A stretch of DNA of 63,987 bases, filler included, from Atractiella rhizophila (taxonomy: Eukaryota): the NCBI GenBank assembly GCA_021432655.1. It is 6 parts of 4 records of this genome, joined end to end, with 100 filler letters (N's around TTAATTAATTAA, not from the genome) between each part and the next. Parts side by side here need not be neighbours in the genome. Positions count along the whole stretch, not along the records: positions 1 to 18,190 come from MU271569.1; 5 more parts are not named here. One strand, written 5' to 3'. The notes under the pieces are model-generated. The model was not told the DNA's origin. It saw only the letters and a program-made list of their open reading frames with translations, and made no database searches. Within the stretch, counting starts at the first letter, position 1, and the number at the start of each line of letters is the position of its first letter. Positions 1 to 12,344 of this stretch are shown piece by piece. The translations under genes were made by a program, and so were the position numbers.

Positions 1-265
1 AAGACACTTACAAACTTGATAGCGACCGTTTGACTATTGAGCAGATTTGTACCTACCACCACGAGACCACTCAACATCACGGAGACAACGGGCCGCACAG
101 CACGGAAGGGAAAGGGGCTAAGGATGAGGAATGTTGACAAGTACCTTCGAAAATGACACCAAAAGATCCCTCTCCAATCTTCCTTCCCACTCGGTAATGA
201 ACTCCGACTACATTGGTTGCGGAAGAAGAGGAAGAAGCTGAGTGAACTGAGTGTTGAGTCGCCAT
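1..265 (-). CDS. Casein kinase I (CK1/YCK-type), 5' part; gene runs off the window edge
   Basis: ATG at 265. Spliced reading NVVGVHYRVGRKIGEGSFGVIFEG|TNLLNSQTVAIKF contains the Gly-rich loop and VAIK lysine. GT-AG intron at 53-144. Confidence 0.93.
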
Positions 266-1277
266 TCCTAATCCGTTCCTTATGCGTTCTGGCATCCCAA
301 TCCGCCGCACAAACCAATCGGAAAAGTCAGAATAGTTGTTACTCGGCGAATGGAGGGTGAAGAAAGGGTGGAAGGCAACTCCTTCCCTCATGCATGCGGA
401 GCAAAATGAAATGAGGTCACTCACAGTCAATATCCTATTCCACCAAGCCAGACGACGCACTAATCCCTCCTACTAACCGGATAGATTGGAATAAGTGCGA
501 ATAAAGGCAACAAGGAGAGGATGAAATTACGTTGGTGCTAAGGGGCAGGGCAAGAAAATTCGAGGTGGAGAGGTACAAGGAAAGAATTCTCTATCGAATT
601 ATAAGGAAACTTGGGCTTTACTGTGATCAAGTAAGGACACAGGGCCAACGAAGCGTACTGAGGGCGAAGGGGAAACGGAGAAATGGCGAGGTGGTCGTTG
701 TGGAGGAGGGAACAGGAAGCGGCAAAGCAAATTTCACTGGATCACGCGGAGAACCGGGTCACGCACCCTCAGAAGCTTTCACAAAGAATTCTCCTCGCGT
801 TGATCCATAGACTTTGCTAATTTTCTGCCTAATTGTTAAGCTGCAGTGGAGCTGAGAATCCCGCGAAGTTAGAGCAGGGATCAGAGATCCCGAGAAGAGA
901 ATCCGAAAAGAAATTTACAGGGTACGGCTAAAGTATATGGCATCGAAAGAAACAGAGCTCGAGCATTTAAATCTGAATGAAGGAATGAAGCGATATCTAG
1001 AAGTCGATATCTAGACAGAGAATCAGAATCAGGCTCCCCTACCACGAGGGGAGAGCAATCGAAATCCACAACTTCCACCTCAACAAACCGAATCCGAATC
1101 AAATCACAATCGTCCAATCATGTTCCTCTCCACCAATCATTTCTGTCCTCTCCTCCTATTATCTTCTCTAACGGTCCTCTTCCCACCAACCATCACCCAC
1201 CACTGCACCAAAACAGTGTTCCATGACCTCCCTCTTTTGACTCGTTTGTCTCACTCGAGTATTGTACTGGTTGACGT

Positions 1278-2535
1278 TCACAGGTCCTCCAAAGGCAAGG
1301 GCAAGCTACCCCACCTCCTCATCGCCCGGCTACTCCCACTGCTACTCCCACCGAAAAGCGAGCCCAAACCAGCCTGTTCCAAGTCGGACTCGTCGAGGGG
1401 ACATGGGAACTTAGCCGAAGAATGGAACCTGCACATCAAACCGACATATCAGCACACACACACACACATCTAAGAACTCGAACGAGAAAGAGAGTGACAT
1501 ACGAAGGACTGATGCTAAACAGGACGACTTTAATCTTCAACGTCAATTTATAATCGACCTCCAAATCGGTAGCCTTCTGACCCGTGAATCCGCACTTTTT
1601 GATCAAGTCCTGGAGGATCTGGAGGGAAGGATCGAGGGAGGAAGTGTAGTTGATGGAGAAGGGGAAGTGGATGGTATTGTTCGAATGAGACGGGATAGTC
1701 ACATCATTCAAACTCCCTCCTCCGAGAGCGACGTCGTCGAAACCTGGATAATACGCTTGCGCGGTGATCTTTTCGAAGGAGGCACCGAAGACTGTCCATT
1801 CAGTTTAAGTTAGTTAGGTCCTGGGGAGAGGTTTGGGAGGGAGAAAACGTACAGTTGGGGTTCACGACTCCGATCTAGATTATAACACTTAACTTGCTGC
1901 AGTCCGGAAGACACAGGAAAGACATACGTTTAGGTTGAAGTTGAGCATGAACCCGGAATTGACGACTTGTACTTCTGATCCATTGCTCGGTGGTTCGATA
2001 CCATTGAACTGAACATTAGGAGGGCGGACCCATACTGTCTCTCCATCACTTCACAATCCCGAACGAGAACAAGAGAGAGCATACACAAGAATCCAGCGAC
2101 GATACCGACAAGCAAGATGACGATGACGACGATAGTACAACAACAGCACCTCCCAATCATCCTCTTCCTCCCGCCCTTCATAAACTCACCCTGATGTTCT
2201 TCCTGCCTCCACATCCTCAGTCCTTCCTTCTTCGGGATAGTTCCCTCCGCAGCCGCGAACGCCGCCACGCTTCCTCTGTTCGGATGGAAACGAGGAGGAG
2301 GGAGGTCGGGTTCGAACCCCTTCTCGCGTGCCGAGGCATACTCGTCCGCCATGGTCAGTGTGGACGATTTCTCTTCCCCGTAGTATCCGGGTGAGTTGTG
2401 GTATCCTGGGGACGGCGGGGGAGGCGCATTGTGGTAGCTCCCGCCGGGAGACGGAGGTGGGTAGGAGTAGTCGACTTGGTGGGAGGAGTAGTATTGCGGG
2501 GTGGCGTAGTTGTCTTGGTGGTGTTGGTATGACAT
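1278..2535 (-). CDS. Single-pass membrane protein with Pro/Tyr-rich N-terminus, Cys-rich juxtamembrane stretch and LEA2-like C-terminal domain
   Basis: MSYQHHQDNY...RCCCCTIVVIVILLVGIVAGFL (TM). Later exons TIHFPFSINYTSSLDPSLQILQDLIKKCG and FPCPLDESDL; TGA at 1278-1280. Confidence 0.65.
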
Positions 2536-2766
2536 ATTCGCTGCTTGATTAATTAATGATAATAAGCAGGAATAGTCGTAATGCTGCGTAAGAAAGAGGA
2601 AGGAAGGAGCGACGAGGTGGGAGTTAGCAGTGTTTGTCCTGATTTGTTTGGCACAGCACCATATTTCCGCCCGTCGCATTTATCTATGACCTCACCATCC
2701 AGTCCCAGCAATCATATGGCCAGCTAGGAGCCACAACTCTGCCACGAAACAGCGATAAAGAGAAAT

Positions 2767-5700
2767 ATGAAAGCACTCTTTGGAAAAAAGAAGAGGCAGT
2801 CATCCACCTCCAGTCCATCCACCAAATTCTCTCTTCTCCCATCCCCACGTCTCCCTCCCGCCTTCGCCATGTCATCCAGCACCCTCTCGCCCTTGCCTCA
2901 CAAGAAATTGTTGGTGTCCGTGATCAATGAAGGAGTATTCATCAAGAACGCAGTCAAAGGTGGAGAGGCGGTCTTGTGTCGATGGGCTGCTAGAGGGGAG
3001 GATGCGAAGTTGGAGCTTTTGGAGAGTGGACAGGAAGATCGAGGGGAAGAGGGAGATGGACCACGGTGCGAGTGCGATGGGGTTGTGGGACTCTTGAAAC
3101 TCTTTAACGGTGCGTCATCTCTACCTTGCGTCCGTCTTTTCCTCAACGTTAATCCTTCCAACTTAACTGAGATTGCCCATCAAGCGATCTTGCTTGCTTT
3201 TGATGGTTGTTATCTGTTTGCTCCGGAATTCTGAAAGAGCAACACCTGAATCTACAGTATCCTAATTTCCATACAATCAAGTTGTCTTCATCCAAAGCAC
3301 ACGAAGGGATGACATGTCCAGAGAGAGAGGAGATGACGGATGACGTCATGCTCCCTTCCGCTGGGAGGGCAGAACAGAAGCAGTAAGCAGTAGATGCGAT
3401 ATGTTTGTCTTGTCGTTTGACTTTCCTTCATTGCCTGCAATGCATGTAAGAATTATGAGAATATAAAAGCGGCAATGATGGTGCAAGGTTTCAGAAGCTG
3501 ACCATCACTTTGCAGATACCTATCTTCTTTGCATCTCCGCTTCTCACACAGTAGCGACCCTTCCCTCCCCTTCATCCTCACCAACGAACCCCAACTCTCA
3601 CAGGATCAGAAAGATCGACCAAATTCTCGCGATCCCCTTGAACTCTTCTCGCGCATTACCAGCCTTACAAAAGCATATAGAGCGTTTGGCACAACTGCGA
3701 TCATCACCTGCACCCGCGAAGGCTTCCGTACCCCAGACGCCAACAGAAGAGAAAGATCCAGAAGTCGGGATGACGGATGCTGAAGCTACAGAGACGGAGG
3801 ACGAAACTGAGACGGAGAGCGAGAACAAGATAGAGAAGCCAAAACGTCCGACCCAGCTCACAAAACTCTTGTGGCGTTCCAACTCCCGTCGTTCCGTCAG
3901 AGACGGAGTCACAAGGTTGGGATCCCTTCCGCTCCCTCCATCGCCTCCAAACGAGAAAGAGGAAGCACCTGAGAAGGACCCAAAGCAACCAGACCCCTCT
4001 GCAGATATGGAGAAGGACGAGAACGAAGAACAGCCCGTCGTACAGGTCAAGGATAACTCGGCGTCTCAGGTCGTCGCTGAACCAAGCTCGACAGAACTGC
4101 CAGTCCAACCGACGTCGAATACGAGTGGATCTGAAAAGCCACCGTCGCAGGTGGAATTGGACCAGAAGATCCTCAGAGAAACGATTCGAGAGTTCAAGGG
4201 GATGTACTTCAGCCCGGATTTTGATGTGACGAATTCCCTTCAGCGAAGATTAGGGTCTACCTCGACTCGTTCGTCTGCCACGGAGGTGAAGGATCCGAAG
4301 ATGGGAAAAGCGGAATCGAAGTCATCCTCGTCTTCAGATGGGAGGCGGAAGTCGTCCATTGAGAATCCCCTCATACCGTTGTGGAGGAAGAGCGACAGAC
4401 GGTTCTTCTGGAACCTCAATCTCGTCAAACCACTCATCAGCGCAGGCGTGAGCATCATTTTCCCTTCGGTCCTTGATGAATCCGCTGACACGAGTCGCAT
4501 AGCTCCATTCTTTCATCTATCCTATTCAACAAGGATTCGTCTCCTACTCCGCTCTCGCATTGCCCTCTCAACCTGAACTTGAAGCGGAGCTCATAATCAT
4601 CAGTCGAAGAAGCGCTGAGAGAGCCGGATTGCGATACCTTCGACGAGGGGCGAACCAAGATGGGGAAACTGCCAATTTCGTCGAAACCGAAATGATCCTT
4701 GTCACAGAGGTGCGTCTGCTACTCGTTGGTTTATTTTAACTTAGTTGGACGACAGAGAGAGGGCAAAAAACACTTTTCTAGCTTTGTCCAAACTCGTGGT
4801 TCCATCCCCGTTTACTGGTCTCAGGTTTGCATCTTCCCTATCCCAGACCGAGGTACACCATGTTAATAGTTATCGCCAGTCCCCATGGTCCCTTAAACCA
4901 GTCCCGATCATCGAACGAACACCTGCAGATAGACTTGCCGCCCTCACAGCCCATTTCGAAAGTCAGACGTCGATCTATGGACGACAAGTGATCGTCAATC
5001 TTGCTGAGCAACATGGCAAGGAAGGCTTAATAGTCCAAGAATACGAAGACAGAGTGAAGGAGATGGGGAGAGACGACGTCAAGTATTTCGCTTGGGATTT
5101 CCATAAGGAGACGAGGGGGATGAAATACGAAAATATTGCGCTGCTAGGCGCCGAGCTTAAGAAAGATTTGCAGGACATCGGGTTTGTCGATTACACTTTC
5201 TGCTTCATCTTGTGTTTAAAGGAGCTTATCGCAGATCCTTCTGGTTCTCTGATGGAGATGTCCTTGCAACTCAGAATGGTGTCTTCAGGACCAATTGTAT
5301 GGACTGCCTCGATCGCACGAACGTCGTCCAGGTAAGCCTCCAGTTTTCAATACACCACATGAATACATTGAAATATTGTAAACAGTCAGCTCTTTCACGT
5401 TGGATGCTCACCTTAGAGTTTGAGAGACTGGGAGTGTCCATTTCAGACGATCCATCGAAGCACGATGAGCTCGATAAGATCCTCAATGTCATGTGGGCCG
5501 ACAATGGGGATGCCATATCTCGACATTATGCAGGTACAAGCGCTTTGAAGGGGGATTTTACTAGGACTGGAAAACGCAACTGGCGTGGGATGGTGAGATT
5601 GGCTCATTCTTATTCCTGGCGTTGACTATTGTTGTAGGTCAACGATGCGACAAATTCTCTTGCCAGGATGTTCCAAAACACAGTAGCGGACTACTTTAAA

Positions 5701-6765
5701 CAGGCAGGCTTTATTCTTATGGTTTTCTCAATACCTGACTTGTGAACATTGTGAACGGGAACAGTCAGTCATAGACTATTTCCTCGGCGTCAACCTCAGC
5801 CCTGCGAACTTCTATTCCCTCACCTCGCTAGGTGCGGATCCTGGCGAGCTCCTTCGACTGACCAACATTCGAAAATTGGCGATCGACACTGTTGCGCAGG
5901 AATGTATGGAGGCAGAGGAGACAAAGATAGGAGGATGGACTATGCTCAGTCCCACTGAGAGGGACCGAGTAAGGAGCGATCACTACGAGGAAAAGGTTCT
6001 GTTGATGACCGAGAAAGCGCTTTATGTCGCCAGTTACGAATACAGCCTGCAAAAGGTCCGTCACGGTCTGATCAAGGGAAACTGTCAAATCTGAAAACTA
6101 ACAGGTCAGAGAGTTCGTTCGGATCCCCTTGATCGATATCACTCGCATTCAGAGAGGCGAGCGCTCTACCATTTCTACCGTCACTTTGATTGACCACTGA
6201 ATTTAACAGGCAGTTACATCCTCTCTTCGCTCGACGCGTCAGCGCGGGATGGGGAAGAGAACTATGGCTTTATCGTTTTCTACAGCCCTCACGACTCCAT
6301 CAGTCGGGCTCGCACATATACCATTCGGAATAAGAATAGATCTCAAGCTTCATCCACACCTTCAACACCACCAACACCTTCCGACTTGGTGGCAGGTGGC
6401 GCTGTGGAGCATTCCTTCGCGTTCAAAGCCATGCGAAAGGATCTGATCCGCATCGCTGCCACTGGGTCGTTTTTTGCCAATACGAAGAATAGCGCACTAC
6501 CAATGTACCCGGAAGACGAACCTGGAAAGACTGGCAAAGATAGTGTTGGATTGCTGGTCGAGAAGATCCAGAAGGAATGCATCAGAGTTGGCGGTACGAG
6601 TGAGGAAGACAAGGAATTTGTGGTGGAGAAGGATATAATCAGGTCCGTCATTGCTTTACAAATTTGGATAAGTTCATTTTTGTCCTATAGTTTGACTGAT
6701 GCCGAGAATGCTACTCAATCATCACGAGGATAACGCACAATCTCAAATCGTACATCTGGTTATAA
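2767..6765 (+). CDS. SAC-domain phosphoinositide phosphatase, SAC2/INPP5F-like
   Basis: Catalytic CX5RT motif RTNCMDCLDRTNVVQ; WADNGDAISRHYAGTSALKGDFTRTGKR; MYFSPDFDVTNSLQ; RFFWN; C-terminal hSac2-like exons. Start codon uncertain (2767 or 2869). Confidence 0.88.
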
Positions 6766-6901
6766 ATAGCGAGGGATCTCGAAGATGTTATTTATTTTCA
6801 AAGCTAGCAAACACGAACAGGCTGCAAGTTATGTTGTCGTACGATTCCTTCGATAGATTTTGAGTACAAGTACAGTAAATTTCCAACGCCATATTTTCTT
6901 A

Positions 6902-8278
6902 CTAAGCGTACTTTTCTATCTCTAACTCCCTTCGTTGGAAGTCAACCATGAACCCACAGCATACTTGAATCTGCTCTAAAGTGACAGCGTTATATGACGA
7001 AATCCTAATGCCTACTCCTCCTGGTCAGAAAAATATCTCTAAATAGTGGCAAGGAAACGAACCTCCAACATCACGATGACCCTTGATTTGTTTCAGTCCA
7101 ACTTTCTCGCCATCAGTCAAAAACCTCTTCTCTCTCTCCTCTCCTCCCTTGATCGTGAAGCAAATATTTAGCCTGCTTCTCTGCTCTCCCTTTTTGATTG
7201 TTGGAATGTAGAATCCTTCACTGTTGTCAATAACGTCGTACAACTTGTGAAACTTCTGGGAGCATAGCTGTTCGTAATATTCCAAACCGCCTTTGGCGAG
7301 GACATGCTTGAGAAAGAGACCGCAGATGTAAATTGAGAAGACAGGAGGGGTGTTGTGGAGTGATTGCGTGCGAGAATGTAGATGGTAAGACATCGCCGAA
7401 GGAATTGGCTGAGCACCATGCGCCACGGCTGCATCGGGGTTGACTGTCAAGACAAAACGAGCATTAATCGAGCCATAATAGCGTGCACGAAAAAACGACG
7501 AACCAATCAAGTCCTCCCGCACAAACACCACTGTAACTCCAGTTGGACCAATATTTTTTTGAGCACCTGCGAATATGATACCAAATTTTGACCAGTCGAT
7601 TTTGCGAGTCAAAATATTGCTCGACATATCACTCACGAGCGGCACTTCCTTGGTACTGTACGGCAGCTTGTCAAATGGAAAAGAGGGCGAGTATTCGAGC
7701 CCTTGGATCGTCTCGTTATCGCACATGTATACAAAAGCTGGCGGTTTTTGAGCATCATCGGGACTGGAGAAGCGCCATTCATCGGTTGGAGGGATGGTTG
7801 AAAATCCGTTCGATTCACCCGAACAGACGACATTGACTTTGAATCCCAGCCTCTTCGCCTCTTGAGCCGACTTCGAACTCCAAGCGCCAGTAATGCAGAA
7901 ATCAGCGACGAGCGGTTCGACATCTTCCTTGGTCTCGTTGTATTTCATCTTGTACCAGCTCATCAAGTTCATGCACACCGCACCAAACTGACCCGTTCCG
8001 CCTCCTTGCATCCATAGGATCTTGAAATTCGAAGGGACTTTGAGGATTGTTCGAAGATCATCTGTAGCCTCTTTGATGATCTTGTCGAATTCTTTCGAGC
8101 GGTGAGAAATCTCGAGGATTCCAATTCCGGTTTGAGCGAAGTCGAGCAGGGAAGGGATTGAGGCTGTAATAACCTCGGTAGGAATGGGACAGGGTCCTGA
8201 ATTGAGATTGATCGTTTTCGACCTCCGGGTCAGAGGTTCTCGTTGGAGCAGTGGTTCGTCAATTTGTTCTCCCTCCAT
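6902..8278 (-). CDS. SER1: Phosphoserine aminotransferase
   Basis: NLNSGP, EISHRS, QGGGTGQF, DMSSN, AGAQKNIGP (PLP lysine), NTPPVF, KGHRDVG|GIRISSYNA. Confidence 0.95.
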
Positions 8279-8545
8279 TTCGTTCCTGTTAATTCGTTAG
8301 TACCTCTTCCACGCCCTACCACTTTGAACACATACCAAAAAATGTCGTCTGTGCTGACTCCTGCTGAGTTCTGCTGGGTTTTGCGACTTGTCGATCGATC
8401 GTCCTCGTCCGGACATCAGACACAGCTCGGAACCGCAGTGACCGGGCGGACATTCGGGAATGTCGAAGTTGCCACGTAGCACAGATTCTTTTCAAAAGCA
8501 GCGGCTGGCTGAGCATCCCCATCCCAAACCACATCCACTACCACA

Positions 8546-10697
8546 ATGAAGTCTCAACTTCTCGTCGCCGGTGCAATCTTGCAATCCTCCCTCGTCCTCG
8601 CTGACGCTCCTGCCGTCAAGGTAGGCATTCATTCGTCCTCAGAATTGTAAACTAACAGTTTGTCGTGGAGCAGACCTCGTCCGTTTCTGGATTCTTCGTT
8701 GAACAATTCCAGGATGGAGATTGGGAGAACAAATGGTCTCCTTCGGAAGCAACGAAGGAGGGATACGGAGGAGGAGAGACGATGCAATACAGTGAGGCTT
8801 TCTTCTTGGATGCCATTGGGAATGCGAATGTTGAATATTCTCGCAGGCGGAGTGTGGAACGTCGAGGAGCCCACAGTGTACCCTGGATTGAAAGGTGACA
8901 AGGGTCTCGTGGTAAAGTCGACTGCAACCCACCACGCCATCTCGGTCCCTTTCGCCTCCAAGCTCGATCCCAAGGGAAAGAAGAGCTTTGTCGTCCAATA
9001 TGAGGTCAAACTTCAGAAGGGACTTGACTGCGGTGGAGCTTATATCAAGCTTTTGACTGATGGAGAAGAAGGCATTCAGGCTAAGGTGTGTACCTTTTTT
9101 GCTTAGGAAGAACACGTGTTGACGTGTGGTATTCATCGAATGCAGGAGTTTTCAGACAAGACCCCATACACCGTGATGTTTGGACCCGACAAGTGCGGTG
9201 GAACTCAGAAAGTCCACCTCATCATCCATCACCAGAATCCCCTCACTGGCGAGTCCCAAGAAAAACACTTGAAGAATCCGCCTATGCCCAAGACCGATAA
9301 ATTAACTAATCTATACACCCTTATCATTAAGTGAGCATTTTCCTCTTACTTTCCTAAGGAGAAAACAGGCTGAAAGAAAAATAGCGATGACCAGACGTAT
9401 GAAATCAAGATTAACGATGAGTCCGCCAAGTCTGGATCCCTGTTGGAGGACTTCCAACCTCCCTTCAACCCACCCAAGGAGATCGATGATCCCGAGGACT
9501 CCAAGCCCGAGGATTGGATTGACAACCCCAAGATGGTCGACGTAAGCATCACTTTACCCCCTGTCTGAGTAGTTCTCATCGGCTTTCTTCCAGCCTGACG
9601 CAGTTAAGCCTGATGATTGGGACGAGGATGCTCCCATGGAGATCCCTGATGAAGAAGCTGAGAAGCCTGAAGGATGGCTTGACAACGAACCCGCCACGAT
9701 CCCCGATCCTGATGCTGAGGTCAGTTTCTCTCTCCCTTGGTCAACAGGAAGGCATGCTGATGCTAGTTCAGAAACCCGAAGAGTGGGACGACGATGAAGA
9801 CGGAGATTGGATTGCTCCTTCTGTTCCTAACCCCAAGTGCGAGGATGCCGTCGGTTGCGGTGAATGGGTCAAGCCTTCGAAGCCAAACCCTGACTACAAG
9901 GGTCCTTGGTATGCTCCTTACATTGACAATCCTGAGTACAAGGGAGTTGTGCGTATTCCTGACCCTACAGTTACATTACAGAATTAACATTGTTAAGCAG
10001 TGGACGCCGAGGCAAATTCCCAACCCTGACTTTTACGAGGACCTCACTCCTTCCAACCTCAGGCCTATTCAAGGTATGGGTATTGAGCTTTGGACTATGA
10101 CTGTGCGTCTTTGCTTTCATTTGATGCGACAGTGCGCTCATCTGCTCCCTGTCAGAGCGACATCCTCTTTGACAACTTCTACATTGGTTTCTCGAAGGAA
10201 GACGCCGAGGCTTTCGCTAAGGACACGTTTCACCTCAAGCGACCCATCGAAGAGGAGGTCCAAGAGAAGGAGAAACCCAAGACCCCTGAACCCGATAGCC
10301 CGTTCGAGGGACCGTCGTTCGCCAAGGATCCTCTAGGCTTCATCCAGTTCAAACTTGCCACTTTCGCCCAAGTTGCCACCGTTGACCCCATTGGAGCATT
10401 CAAGGAGCAACCTCAGACAGGAGCTGCTATCGTCGCCGCTTTCATCGCATTGGTCGGTCTACTAGGAAGCTGTGAGTCTCGTTTCCTTGATTTGTCGAAA
10501 GGATGGCTGATTATTATGCCCCTTCAGTGATGAGCCTCATCTTCCCTGCCCCGAAGGAAGCGTCCAAGAAAGTCAAGGAAGTTGCTGAAGCTACAACTGA
10601 GAAAGCTACAGCTGCTACCACCGCTGTGAAGAACGCTGCTGCGGAGACAACGTCGAAGAAGCGGGCAGGAAAGGGGAAGTCGAAAGCTGACGAATAA
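8546..10697 (+). CDS. CNE1: Calnexin
   Basis: Signal peptide [33 protein letters not shown]-domain repeats [34 protein letters not shown]-terminal TM and Lys-rich tail. Confidence 0.95.
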
Positions 10698-11334
10698 TCT
10701 ATTCGTCGAGCGCCTTTCAGCTCGTGGAGGAGTGAAAGGAGAACAAGGGAGTAAAATTATTTTACAATCGTGAAGAACGAGTAATGCTGGAAGAAAGAGA
10801 GGGACAAAAGGAAGAAACCGTTGTTTCACTTAAACATGATATCACGCTCGTTTTTTTCCGAACCCTTCATGTCTTCTTGGACTCTAAACTCGCTGTTGTA
10901 GATTAGTCTAACTCCTCCACCCTCATTCTCCTTTCCCTGTCTTTGAGAGAGTTGACTTCAAAATCATCATGTCATGTGGTACCTTGTGGGAACGGTGGAA
11001 TTTAATTTTTGTCCTCCATTTCTAGCAGTGAACAAGTTGACCCTGAGGCTCTCCTGTCGTACTATCCCGTACCATTCGCTCTTAAAGTCACACAGGCGTT
11101 GTTCATCTGCACGAGGCATGCCTGCGCTGTGGTGAACACCGTGATCATCCGTCCACATTTCATGACAAGCACGCAGTGAGTGAAGGCTGATGCCTTGATG
11201 GGTCATGTTTCTGGAGCAAGGAACGGAATATGGAGCGATTTGAGGGTGGTTTGAAATGGGACGCGATGTTACAACATACATCTGAGCAATAAGTAGATGT
11301 CGAAAGGCAAAAAAGGAGGGTGAAAATCGAATAG

Positions 11335-12146
11335 TTATGAAAGAAGATCCCAAAGTAAGTTTGTGGTCTCAAAGGAATTGTTTTCCTCGACGTTCACCAC
11401 CTTAGGCTGCGATCCTTCTGGATCTGAATCGGTGGTTAGCGACATCACGCAACAGACAGCAGGAAAGGAAGATGGCTCACTGATTAGCATCTTTCGGAAT
11501 TGTCCATCTTCGTCCATAACAGGTACGAAGCCTAGGTCCCAATAAAGCTTCAATCTTAACCTGCGAAGTTCCGAGGGGAAGCAATCAATCCACTATCCTC
11601 GAAGGGTTCGATGATAGAAAGGAGGACGTACGCATCCCCATCCACATTCATGTCCTTCCCCTCTCCCGCCCTCTCTGCAGCCTCGTACTCCTTCTTAACC
11701 CTCTCCAACTCCCTTCCAGCACTCTCACTTGCGTGTTTCACCTCCACTAGCTCCTTCTGCACCGCTGCTCGCTCAGTCGTTAACTGCTTCAGATTCGACT
11801 CGTACGCTTCTTTGCTTGGGACGGTGGAGGGGCGGATAAGCGAAGACTTGAGCGTCTCATTTTCCCTTGTGAGGGCTGGAGCACCAGACGGAAACATTCA
11901 CCCCTGTTTGCATTAGAGTATGAAACACGTACCACGCAGATGTTCCTTGATCGCCTCTCTCTCAGTCATATTGCTTCTATCCTTCTTCTTCAGGGCCTCC
12001 AGAACGGAGAACAGGTTATCGACCTGTCTCTTCCCCTCTGACCCATTCCTCAACATGTCTAAAGCGTGATCCGCGACAGTTACAGCTTCGGTGAACCATG
12101 CTTCTCCTCCCAATATGCTTCGCTCATCGATGTACGAGTCTTCCAT
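11335..12146 (-). CDS. SPC24: Ndc80-complex kinetochore subunit Spc24-like
   Basis: Long N-terminal coiled coil followed by LKLYWDLGF...SFETTNLLWDLL, resembling the Spc24 C-terminal RWD half. Four exons. Confidence 0.7.
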
Positions 12147-12344
12147 TTTCAAAGTCGTTGTAAAGTCGCGTAAAGAATAGATGAAGGCGCGAAGATGGTT
12201 GTTTTGGCAGCTTTCTCCGACGCGTTGAGGCACGTGGATAATTTCAGAGCCACGTCGCTGATCGCAACCACCATCTACATCAAGCCATCAAGCCCTCTCC
12301 AGCATTGCTCAAGCGCCGCTAGCTCAAGCCCCAAACCTGCCAAA

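Noticed and set aside
10830..11334. ORF 10967-11353 and an AATTTTTG Sm-like site between calnexin and SPC24
   Set aside because: No recognisable protein or snRNA structure; probably UTR or intergenic.
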